Assembly (NCBI RefSeq): GCF_030144855.1
Contig: NC_082728.1
Location: 42,842,001-42,906,000 of the forward strand
Length of the DNA: 64,000 bases
Source of the DNA: Hypanus sabinus
Taxonomy: Eukaryota
Direction: 5' to 3'
Under the pieces are notes generated by a model, which made no database searches, was not told the DNA's origin, and saw only the letters and a list, made by a program, of their open reading frames with translations. Positions 37,912 through 49,596 of this stretch are shown piece by piece. The position numbers and the translations under genes were made by a program. How positions within the stretch are numbered: position 1 is the stretch's first letter; each line of letters starts with the position of its first letter.

Positions 37912-39659
37912 CTGTTCAGTAAACAGATGTCTGAGGTAGGGAAGAGTGCTACTCTTTAAATCTAGAGACTTATTGGTATTCCATCAGTTAATAGACATGT
38001 ATTCAATATTTGTCAGTACTTTGTCAAAATTCCAGCCATTAAAAATGTTTAATTGAACACAATTGTCAGCTGACAAGAATGCAGGCTGGAGCATCAAGAC
38101 CAGTCTACGAACTCAGCTACTTGGAATGAAGCACACCTTGCCAGGAACTTCACTACAGATTAGCTTCTGGACAAAGTACAGAAAGCTCCTTCAATAATAC
38201 TTGTGAAAACATATGGAATCAATTGGGTTTTTAATGGAAAAGTTCTACATGGTCTCAAGAGAGCTGCTTTAAATAACAAATATTTGAAGATGACTGTGTA
38301 AATCAGATGTTGGAGATTCAAGTGGATCCGATTTAGATGCCAGCATGAATCAGTTTTGGAACAAACACCAATGATCAAAAAAATATCACTTGAGTCACCG
38401 TGATTGAGTCCATCAATCAAGGGTTTAATACACCAGAAAATCACTGTGAGGCTGCGCATGCAGAAACACACTGGGTTTTGGAAAAAAAAAACAAGGACCT
38501 GTAACAGAACAAAAATTGCTGCATTCTGCCAATGCTGGAAACACAAAATGAAAAAAAAAGACTCAACAGGTCAGGCAAAAATTGCTGTTTTTCCAAGATA
38601 AAAGCTAAACTGGGGGTGCAAATATTTCAATCTTCTTCTGGTTTTTTAAATTTATTTTCTCTATCCATTATATAATTCTTCTTTAATATGGTAATAGCTC
38701 CTCCAGGACAAAATGGACAAATATAGAATTCTTGGGATATTTTAACTGTCTTATAAATTAAACATAAGCAGAATTTAGTTATTTGACTTCTTACATGTGT
38801 GTTTTCTCTATCATTCCATACCGGTTCTATGGAAGACTTCCTGCATGCTTCCTCTCCCCAAGGAGGTGACTCCACCTAAACTTAATGATTACAGAGCAAT
38901 TGCCCTCGCATCTTAAATGATGAAAGCACTGGAGATTCTGGTGGCATTGTGTGAGTCACATTTTTTTGATTTCTCTAGTGCCTTCAATACAATCCAGCCA
39001 CTTCTTTTGAGCATGAAGCTAGAAAGGATGGGCGTTGACAAATCCAATACCTCTTGGATTACTGACTACCTGATAGTTAGAGACGGCTGGGTAGTTCTCT
39101 AATGAGATGGTAATGAATGGCACTGGAGTGCCACTAGGGTAATTTCCCTATTTCTGTTCACACTGTATACCTCAGACTTCCAGTACAAATGAGAGTCTTG
39201 TCACTTGCAGAAGTTCCCTGACCACTATGCAGTGGTTGGGTGTATCGGAGATTGGCAGGAATCGGAGTACAGACTGCTCCTGAATAAGGCCAAAACCAAG
39301 GAAAAGGTGATAAATTTTAGGAGGAAGAGGACTGTATATATCCTCCGTCCTTGGCTACAACCTAGACTCTTGAGCTAGTGGTGGAGAGGAGGTCACTAAA
39401 CAAACTGTTATCCATTTTGGACAATCAAGCACATCCTCTCCATGACCCACTGAATAAACAGTGAAGCACCCTTTTGAAAAAGGAGCAATCAGCTCTACTG
39501 TCACAAGGATCGTTACAGAAAATCTTTCCTACCATTTACAATAAGCATATATAACAGTTTACTGTATCTGTGCAACAGGAGAACACACATCATAGTACAA
39601 TGAACACACACCAAAATGCTGGTGGAACGCAGCAGGCCAGGCAGCATCTACAGGAAGTA

Positions 39660-39697
39660 CAGTCAATGTTTCGGGCCAAGAACCTTCGTCAGGACTA
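39660..39697 (-). ncRNA. Decayed minimal type-I hammerhead ribozyme motif in the PLE pseudo-LTR
   Basis: Minus strand TAGTC-CTGACGA-AGGTTCTTGGCCC-GAAA-CATT-GACTG. Both core boxes and stem I are intact; stems II and III are mutated. Confidence 0.6.
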
Positions 39698-41476
39698 ACT
39701 GAAAAAGGTAGTAGGAGATTTGAAAGTGGGAGGGGGAAAACCTGAAATGATAGGAGAATACAGGAGGGGGAGGGGTGAAGCTAAGTGCTGGAAAGGTGAT
39801 TGGCAAAAGCGATACAGAGCTCAAGAAGGGGAAGGATCATGGGACGGGAGGTCTAGGGAGAAAGAAAGGGGGAGGGGAGCACCAGAGGGAGATGGAGAAC
39901 AGGCAAGGAGTGATTGTGAGAGGGGCAGAGAAAGGAAAATAAGAAGGGGGGGATAAATAAATAAGGGATGGGGTAAGAAGGGGAGGAAGGGTATTAACGG
40001 AAGTTAGAGAAATCAATGGTCATGCCATCAGGTTGGCGGCTACCCAGATGGAATATAAGGTGTTGTTCCTCCAACATGAGCGTGGCTTCATATTGACAGT
40101 AGAGGAGGCCATGGATAGACAAATCTGAATGGGATTAGGCTCAGCATGCATGCAGGAGGCAGCGCCAATGCAGTCGTCGATTATGACTTAGCTTGTTAAC
40201 TTCATTATCTTTACCTCCAACTTTCACTCTGCCCTCAAATTTACCTGGTCCATTTGTGACACCTCCCTCCCCTTTCTTGATCTTTCTGTCTCTATCTCTG
40301 GAGATGGCCTATCTACTGATATCTACTATAAGTCTAAGGACTCTTACAGCTACCTGGACTATTCCTCTTCCTACCCTGTCTCTTGCAATTCCTCCGTCTC
40401 TGCCGCATCTGCTCTCAGGATAAGGCTTTTCATTCCAGGACGAAGGAGATGTCTTCCTTTCTTAAAGGAAGGGGTTTCCCTTCATCCATCATCAACTCTG
40501 CTCTCAAACTCATCTCTCCTATTTCACACACATCTGCTCTCACCCATCCTCCCGCCACCCCACTCGGGATAGGATTCCCCTTGTCCTCACCTACGACCCC
40601 ACCAGCCTCCGGATGCAACATATAATTCTCTGTAACTTATGCCACCTCCAACGGGATCCCACTACCAAGCACATCTTTCCCTCCCTCCCTTTCTGCTTTC
40701 CACAGGGATTGCTCCCTACGCGACTCCCTTGTCCATTCATTCCCCGCCCCCCCCATCCATTCCCACAGATCTCCCTCTCGGCACTTATCCTTGTAAGCGG
40801 AACAAGTGCTACACCTGCCCTTACACTTCCTCCCTCACCACCAATCAGGGCCCCAGACAATCCTTCCAGGTGAGGCGACACTTCACCTGTGAGTCGGCTG
40901 GTGTGGTATACTGCGTCTGGTGCAGCCTTTTATATATTGGTGAGACTCGACGCAGATTGGGAGACTGTTTCACTGAACACCTATGCTCTGTCTGCCAGAG
41001 AAAGCAGGATCTCCCAGTGGCCACACATTTTAATTCCACATCCCATTCCCATTCTGATATGTCTATCCATAGCCTTTACTGTCAAGATGAAGCCACACTC
41101 AGGTTGGAGGAACACCACCTTATATTCCGTCTGGGTAGCCTCCAACCTGATGGCATGATCACTGACTTTGCTAACTTCCGTTAATGTCCCTCCTCCCCTT
41201 CTTACCCCATCCCTTATTTATTCATTCCTCCCTTTTTTCCTCTCTGCCCCTCTCACAATCACTCCTTGCCTGTTCTCCATTTCCCTCTGGTGCTCCCCTC
41301 CCCCTTTCTTTCTCCCTTGGCCTCCTGTCCCATGATCCTTTCCCTTCTCCATCTGTGTATCCCTTTTGCCAATCACCTTTCCAGCTCTTAGCTTTACCCC
41401 TCCCCCTCCTGCCTTCCCCTATCATTTCGGATCTCCCCCTCCCACTTTCAAATTTCTTACTATCTTTTCTTTTAGT

Positions 41477-41514
41477 TATTCCTGACGAAGGGTCTCAGCC
41501 CAAACCGACGACTG
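41477..41514 (+). ncRNA. Decayed minimal hammerhead motif in the 3' pseudo-LTR
   Basis: TATTC-CTGACGA-AGGGTCTCAGCCC-AAAC-CGAC-GACTG. The GAAA box is mutated. Confidence 0.5.
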
Positions 41515-42759
41515 TACTTCTTCCTATAGATGCTGCCTGGCCTGCTGTGTTCCACAAGCATTTTGTGTGTGTTGCTTGAATTTCCAGCATTTACATATTT
41601 CCTCATGTTTGCAGCATAGTACAATTGTCTGTTTTATTATTTTGTACTTCATTAGTTAATATTATTATTATATTTATTATTGTTGCTTAGTATGGTTTTA
41701 AATGTTGCTGCTGTAACAAGATAATTTCCCACTTGGGATCAATAAAGTACCCCATTTATAAAATCTTGTTCCCTGCTTTTTTTGTGTTTAATCAATATTA
41801 TTGCAAATGGTACATTAACATTACCCATTCAATTTTACCAAGCCAATGTACTAGAGGATTATACTCCAGCTCATCTGAAAACTGACAATGTGACAGAGGC
41901 ACTATAACATCAGAAAAGTGTTTGAAAGTAATCTTTTACTGATTAGCTGAAATGAATGCTATTAAAAACATCCTTGGCATTGGTAGAAAAAACAAGAGGT
42001 TGCAAGGTGTAACAAAATGTGCCACAACCAGAAGTCTCATCATCCTTCATAGATTCAGTCAGATGAAATTAAAATGGAAGTGAAAACCCATCTCACTGGT
42101 TGTTTAGTTAACAAGCTCAAGGTGACTTATGTAGGTCACTTTAGTTAATGGAACTGGAGGTCTAGCTGTTTGAGGGTGCTTAATGGCCTCATACCACATT
42201 TGGCCACGTGCACAATCGAGAGAAGAGGCCACAACACCATGATCGAGCCTCAAAACTAAATCCATGCATGGACACCAAATGCAGGGAGTCCTTCAGATGT
42301 GAAAATGACTCAAATAGCTGGAATATTGAACTAACTGAATTATAATTCCATTTTAGTAAGTCTGACATCAGTGCAAAAAGTGTACTGTGGATTTCACACT
42401 AAAGAAATGCCAGAAAGCTAAAAATATATAGCCAAGTGTTTTTCTAATGTACATAACAAGTGCCTTTTCACCAGAATGTTATCCAGACTGCAAGAGTTAG
42501 CCTACTAGGATGATTAGATAAAATAGGCTTGCATTCCCTGATATAAAGGTTTTACAGAGAGCCATTTGATACAAGTCTTTAGCTTTGTACTTTTCCTCGT
42601 GGTGTGAAAGTCTAAAAGTGATAAAAGATTACAATCAAAACTAGATCTTTCAAGGGAGGAGCAATGGAAGATATTTAGTGCAAAAGGCAGAACTTCAGGC
42701 TGGCTTAATAAGCAAGATATAGCAACAATATAGGTCATAACAGTCCCTCAAATAGACTC

Positions 42760-43510
42760 TACTTCTTGGGCAGTCTCTCGTGATGAAGGATGACATGCTT
42801 GAATTCTGGGTATTGGGTTTAGAGGTGGTTTATGAGGCCAGTGGGGAAGCCAAAGACACTTCCACAAATGGGAAGAGAGGTTGCTGACAGTGCAAGGGGA
42901 CAGATAATTTGAAGTGGTGGGCTTCTGCTGCATACACATGGTCTCTGTGTGCTCCTGATGCATGGCGTTAGGGTTCTCAATATCATATCAAAAGAGTGGT
43001 CGTGGGCTAAGGATTCCCGTCAGTCAGTGGGAGCGTTGTATGTTCACTGGAGGCTGTGAACACATCACTGAATCTTTTCCTCAATAAACCTGGTAATCTC
43101 TTCTCAGTGTCTGCTTCAGGAGCCTGGCATTGGTCCTGATCCACTTAGCAGACTGAGAGCAAGGGTCTCAATGCTGGCGAGATTGACCTGGGAGAGGTCA
43201 CCGAAGTTGGCTTGCTTATTTTTTCAGAGAAGTTGGAAGATTTAGCACTGTAGGTATTTTCATAGCGCTGCACGCTATCTGCTGTAGGTCGAGCAGATCT
43301 TGGAAGCATACAAGACAGATATGAATTTTGTGCTTGATCTGAGCTCTTGATCTTCAAATAGCCCTCTTTGCAAGAGACTAAATACTGTTGGCATGTAGAA
43401 GGCAGTGGTGAATCTACCATCATCAGTGCCTACGTACACTGAAAGATAATTCCCAAGTTCTGAGAAGTAGCCTGGTGAGAAACTACTACTTAGACAACAT
43501 GTGGAGTGCT
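42760..43510 (-). mobile_element. Old RTE 3' fragment
   Basis: Decayed FSELGNYLS...DDGRF (YLGS..DDEI-like) region and an RTE-type 3' tail near 42760-42800. Confidence 0.55.
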
Positions 43511-43779
43511 TCCACATAAATTATAGAAAACAGATTAACATGCAGATACAGGAACTATTTACCGAGGCAGATAATCTGTTTGCTTATGTTGCAAGTTATA
43601 ATCATTAAACAACCCCACAAATACTTAGTACTGTTTTTGTTTTTTTTTAAACTAAGGATGTAGCAATGAGTTAGTAGATTGATTTATCGGGTGTGAACAC
43701 AGTCTACTTTTCAACAAGAATACTGCTGAACCTCAAAACATCAACTTCACTTCATCAACCAACTTCCCTTGATGTCCTA

Positions 43780-44470
43780 TTCTAAATTCTGTGTAGTAAC
43801 CTCATGTGTGGCACCTTGTCAAAGTTCTTCTGAAAATCCAAGCATACAATATCCACCAAGCCTCCTTTGTACATCCTGCTTGCTATTTCCTCGAATTCCA
43901 ACACATCTGTCAGATCAGATTTCCCCTCAAGGAAACCATGCTAACTGGCCTCCCTCCCCCCCCCCCCACCTTTTTCAAAGAGTGGAGTAAATACTTGCAA
44001 TTTTCCAGTCCTCCAGAACCATTCCAAAATCTAGTGATTCTTGAAAGGTCATTACTAATGCTTCCACAATCTCTTCAGCCACCTCTTTCTGAACCCTGGA
44101 ATGTACTCCATCTCTCCAGGTGACTTACCTACCTTCAGAACTTTCAGCTTCCCAAGTACCTTCTCCTCGGTAATAGCAACTACACTGACACCTGCTCCGT
44201 GACATATTTCTGGCATACTGGCACTCTTCCACAATGAAGCCTGATGCAAAATACTCACCAAGTTTGTTCACAATTTTTTTGTCCCCCATTACCTCTCCAA
44301 CATCATTTTCCAGTGGTCCAATATCCACTCTTGCTCTTTTACACTTTATATGTCCAAAAAAATTCTTTTGGTATCCTCTTACATCATATTTTCATCTTTT
44401 CGCTCCTTATGGTATTTTAGTTGCCTTCTGTTTGTTTTTAAAAGCTTCCCACTAATTCTTGCTATACTAT
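43780..44470 (-). mobile_element. CR1 fragment that hosts the next insertion (continues at about 46010-46175)
   Basis: EEKVLGKLKVLKVGKSPG and LDFQKNFDKVPH-type sequence on the minus strand. Confidence 0.78.
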
Positions 44471-44734
44471 ATCTTACTATAGCTTATATAAGATATAATA
44501 ATAATATATATATAAAATAAATTCGAGGAAATAGCAAGCAGGATGTACAAAGGAGGCTTGGTAGATATTGTTTGCCTGGATTTTCAGAAGATCTTTGACA
44601 AGGTGCCACACATGAGGTTACTACACAGAATTTAGAATAGGACATCAAGGGAAGTTGGTTGATGAAGTGAAGTTTTTATATATAAAATATACAAAATAAA
44701 TAAGCTATCTTACTATAGCTTATATCTTATTTAC

Positions 44735-46010
44735 CAAGGGCAAATCACACTTGACTAATCTACTGGAGTTTTTCGAGGATGTAACCAGGAAGTTAGACAA
44801 GGGAGATCCAGTGGATGTAGTGTACCTCGATTTTCAGAAGGCATTTGATAAGGTCCCACATTCAAGATTGGTGGGTAGAATCAAAGCTCATGGATTGGGG
44901 GGAAGACACTGACATGGATAGAAAACTGGTTGGAAGATAGAAAGCAAAGGGTAGCGGTGAATGGGTGTTTCTTGGAATGGCAGGTGGTGACTAGTGGGGT
45001 GCCACGGGGCTCGGTATTGGGACCACAGTTGGTTACGATTTACATCAACGATTTAGATGAAGGCATTGAGAATAACACCAGCAAGTTTGCTGATGATACT
45101 AAGCTGGGTGGCAGTGTGACATGTGATGAGGATGTTAGGAGAATTCAGGGTGACTTGGATAGGCTGGGTGAGTGGGCAGATACTTGGCAGATGGCATTTA
45201 ATGTGAATAAGTGTGAGGTTATCCACTTTGGGAGTAAGAACAGAAAGGCAGATTATTATCTGAACAGTGTAGAGTTAGGTAAGGGAGAAATACAATGAGA
45301 TCTAGGAGTCCTTGTTCATCAGTCACTGAAGGTGAATGAGCGAGTGCAGCAGGCAGTGAAGAAGGCTAATGGAATGTTGGCCTTTATTACAAAGGGAATT
45401 TAGTACAATAGCAAGGAAATCCTTTTGCATTTGTACAAGGCCCTGGTAAGACCACACCTGGAGTATTGTGTACAGTTTTGGTCTCCAGGGTTAAGGAAGG
45501 ACATCCTGGCTGTTGAGGAGGTGCAGTGTAGATTCACAAGGTTAATTCCTGGGATGTCCGGACTGTCTTACGCAGAGAGGTTAGAGAGACTGGGCTTGTA
45601 CACGCTGGAATTAAGGAAATTGAGAGGGGATCTGATTGCAACATATAAGATTATTATGGGATTGGACAAGATGGAGGCAGGAAATATGTTCCAAATGCTG
45701 GGAGAGTCCAGTACCAGAGGGCATGGTTTAAGAATAAGGGGTAGGTCATTTAGGACAAGAGTTAAGGAAAAACTTCTTCTCCCAGAGAGTCGTGGGGGTG
45801 TGGAATGCACTGCCTCAGAAGGCAGTGGAGGCCAATTCTCTGGATGCTTTCAAGAAGGAGCTAGATAGGTATCTTATGGATAGGGGAATCAAGGGATATG
45901 GGGACAAGGCAGGAACTGGGTATAGTTAGTAGATGATCAGCCATGATTTCAGGATTGCGGTGCAGACTCGAAGGGCCAAATGGTCTACTTCTGCACCTAT
46001 TGTCTATTGT
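44735..46010 (+). mobile_element. CR1 (RT to 3' tail)
   Basis: YLDFQKAFDKVPH, GVPRGSVLGP, SKFADDTKL and LYKALVRPHLEYC motifs with a (CTATTGT)n tail. Confidence 0.92.
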
Positions 46011-46859
46011 ATAGCCTTTTTGCTATTAAGCTGTCTCTGCTTTCACTTGTCAGCCACAATCACCTCATCCTCCCTTTACGTTTAGACTCCTTCGTCTCTG
46101 GGATCTATCTATCTTGTGCCTTCTGAATTATTCTCAGAAACTCCAGCCCTTGCTGCTCTGCCGTCATCACTGCCAGTGTCCACTAGTGTTTGCAGATGCC
46201 TTCATATCTTTTCTAGAAATCTCTTAATTTCAGTGGTGGGTATCATATTACTCGAATAGGGGCCATGTTATTGGTTGATTTAAAACAATGGTTTTTCCAA
46301 AGGAACATGCACTATCGGTAGTCTGGTATAAGACCAGACCTTATTTATTTGGTCTCTGCTCGCTCTTTTCCCTTCATTTCCTGTATTCTTGTGACATAAA
46401 ATGATTGTAAGCAACAAGCTTTATGCTCCATCCACAATCTCTGAAGAACCAAGGATTGCAAATACATCAGGATCCAACATTACCCACACTTTAAAACTCC
46501 CCCACCACCTCCATCTTTTGCAGAAATTGCAAGTCTCTCACTGCTCTCTTCAGCCATCTCAGATCCCATAGAAGTGAAATAGAAGCACATTATCTTCAAT
46601 CCTAAGGACTACTCAAGGAGGTATTTTTCCACTATCTCACTCAATAGTTTTTCCCACTTTGTGCATCTTTCTCAGTTTAGTTTCCTTTTCGTTCAATATT
46701 ATTAATAAACTTGCATATTTTATACTTGGTCCTTTCAAATAATTCAGATTTATTATATACAAAGGCCCAAGAATAGATCTATGCAGGATACAAGGGGCTT
46801 AAAACAATGGAGAACTTCAAACAATGTGTTTATTTCACTGTATTCCCAAATTCACTTAC

Positions 46860-46980
46860 CTGTCTGAATAAGGCTTGGACATGGCATGGTATCTCCCGAG
46901 TACACAATTTTCCAGCCTAACTTGTGCTGTAGAATGCAGGCAAAAGCATTTCTGCAGTGACGTACAACACAGGTCTGAAA
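46860..46980 (-). CDS. ELAC2: ELAC2 exon (121 nt; motifs III and IV, YSGDT)
   Basis: [40 protein letters not shown] with acag|...|gtaagt sites. Confidence 0.96.
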
Positions 46981-48135
46981 CTGTCAGCAACATGTGGAAT
47001 GAAGAGCAACAAGATATTATTGTCCAAAGCAAAACTATGCAGATGCTGCAAAGCAAAACAAATAAAACGTTATAAATCACATTTATTGTTTCCAAGCGCA
47101 ATCTTGATATTTTGCTGTTCAGCCCCAACTTTCACCAACTCAGGCATCCTCATATTCAGTCTAGTATTTTCTGTAGTTTAATACCAATTCCAGGAATGGT
47201 AATTTACTGCTTTAATGCAAAATATGCAGGGAAACTGACATAAATCTTCCGGATTTAAAAATTATACCTACACTCTTGATTGTAGAATAGTGGGTACATG
47301 TGGGTGAGCCTCTCTAGGGTTATGATGGGTGCAGGGGGTTAGAAAAATAAGAAAAGGAATGATTAAGAATGTAAGTGTATATGTAAAAATCCTCTGTGGT
47401 GGAATCTCAGAACATATAATGGTGCCAGTTTGGTCTCCTTCACATTTGTAACCGCCTTTCTCACTTTAACTGCAATTTCATGTCTGTTCCAAGTCCCATG
47501 GCTTGTTCACTTAATTACTTCTATTGCCCAGTTCTCTCCCACATCCTAATATTGGCATTATTTCACAAAGATCTATTTTTGATTTTGCAACTTTTTAAAA
47601 AAATTGAGTAATGATATTTTAACTCGAACGCAGCCACTGGAAAGCAATAGTCCCATCTCAGCAGGACCCAATGAAGATGAAGCAGAATCCAGACAACTCC
47701 AAAACACCAGGAATATTTAAAAAAAAAGACCTCAGGTTCAACTCCAGGAGCACTCAAGAGATGGCACAGAGGGAGATGGGAAAGGGAAACACCACGAGAA
47801 GGTCAAGGAAGCAGTGAACATGAAATCGCAGAACTTGAAGTAGAGAACGAACTTACATCATAATGAGGAAAATTATTGATCACTCAGTTCAGTAGGATTA
47901 AACTAGTCTCTACAATAACTGAGCTCTAGACCATTCTCGTTTGAAATATAGAATTTGGAAAAAAAAAATCTGCATGGTTTATGAAAGAAGTTGCCTTCTT
48001 CTGTTTCAACAGATCTTGCAGGAATGCAACAGGTGGACGGTCACACAAGATCTGCCCCCTTCTGTCTATATTAATTCTCTTTGAGAAATGGAAGGACCAA
48101 ATCCACCCAACCAACACAATTAAAAGTACCTTTAC

Positions 48136-48235
48136 CTTTTCCAATTCAAGGTTCTTTAACAAAGAACTTATCAAGTCTTGTGTGTTGAACTTGTTACCTT
48201 CAGCACTTTCCACAAGATGCCATGCAGGGATAAGT
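48136..48235 (-). CDS. ELAC2: ELAC2 exon (100 nt)
   Basis: LIPAWHLVESAEGNKFNTQDLISSLLKNLELEK with tttcag|...|gtaaag sites. Confidence 0.9.
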
Positions 48236-49486
48236 CTGAAAACAAAGGTTTATCTAAATGACAAGGACAGTCTGGTGACAGAACAAACCCAAACAGGACC
48301 CACTCTGTTCACACCCCATGACTTGCTCAGCCAATTTCTCCACTGTTGACTTCCAATTACCACCTTTCTCCATATCCATAGAAGTCTATCTCAACAAAAA
48401 CTAAGCCACCTCAGCTTTAAAGATTTAAACTAAATCTCCAATCCATAGCCTTTTGAGTAATAAAGTCAAAATAAAGCTTCTGCAAATGAACTAAAAGTGC
48501 ATTATAGGTTTTTAAATGGGCTTGGGAGAATTTTCCCTCAAATATCATCTGGTCTTAAAAATTCCCAGGCCATTAACCACTGAAGGAAAGATACTCAGAC
48601 TGGCAGAAGAGAATGAACTTTCACCCACTGTATTAGAAAACCATGTGCAGAGTTAGTGGCCCTGAAATCATTGCAAATTCCCAATGTTCAAGTTCACCGC
48701 CTCACCAGCTAACACCCAACTTTTTATAAAAACATTAGAATGTTATATGATTTAAAACGTTCTAATGCCAGGAATACCTGTGATTGATGAGATGAGGATG
48801 TGATCTGTATACAACACTATTTGAGGACATGCATCAGGTAGAAAGTGATGTGCTTACTACACCCTATCTCAATCATCCATTTCTCAGATGAAGATAATAC
48901 CAATGATTGATAAAGTACCACATTTACTTTCTGGAAAACTGTAAGAGTCCTTATGGGCATTAATTAAATCTTGACAGAGAACTTCTCAAGGGACGATCAA
49001 TTATCTCATAATGAAAATCACAAGTCTCGTTAAAGGTAGCACAGGTAATCAAAAGTTACACTCAATACAAGTTAAATGTTGAAAACATGATGCACCAAAA
49101 TTTTTGACCCACATAAGCAATAAACCTGGACGACTGCTACATATATAAAGATTTTTATTTAGATGGCATCTTTCACAACTCCAGGACCTTAAAGTCTACT
49201 TCAACCAGGGAAGACCATTCCCAAGTGTGGTCACTTCCATAATAAGATTATGTGAGCAAAGGCGATGACTACAGTTCAGAATATTTCATCAGGAATGAGG
49301 GCCTAAGCAAAGATTAAGAATTACACTTAATTGTTCTACATTGCTTTGCTTCTCCTTCCCTTTGCAGAAGGAAAGCATCAAGCTATTTTTCTGTCCCTTA
49401 TTCCTCACCCTCGCATAACCACTGACCTATCCCAACTTCTAAAGAAAAGCTCAGTAAATATGTTTATTCTCCAAAAACAAACTCAC

Positions 49487-49596
49487 TTGATATGGTGTAG
49501 GATCTCCTGGCAATGATCATGGTACTGTTTCAACCAGTTCATGATCTGTGACGGGCCCACAAGTATAACTGGGCTAAACACCTCACCCAGAGCAGC
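49487..49596 (-). CDS. ELAC2: ELAC2 exon (110 nt)
   Basis: AALGEVFSPVILVGPSQIMNWLKQYHDHCQEILHHI with tttcag|...|gtgagt sites. Confidence 0.93.

Larger units (their letters stand above)
39602..41614 (+). mobile_element. Penelope-like element with an inverted 5' pseudo-LTR, RT C-terminus, GIY-YIG endonuclease and 3' pseudo-LTR
   Basis: PCKRNKCYTC...FTCESAGVVYCVWC..LYIGETRRRLGDCFTEH. 39602-40135 is an inverted copy of about 41050-41575. 11-bp TSD CATAGTACAAT at 39591-39601 and 41615-41625. Confidence 0.9.
38810..41750 (+). mobile_element. Rex1/Babar LINE (38810-39601 and 41615-41750), split by a PLE
   Basis: LNDYRAIALAS, FFDFSSAFNTIQP and WITDYL motifs. AATTTCCC...GGGATCAATAAAGTA tail near 41725-41750. 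Confidence 0.8.

Noticed and set aside
41184-41579. Long Leu/Pro/Ser-rich ORFs here and at 19231-19626, 24455-25045 and 37152-37430
   Set aside because: They are translations of pyrimidine-rich PLE pseudo-LTR sequence, not genes.
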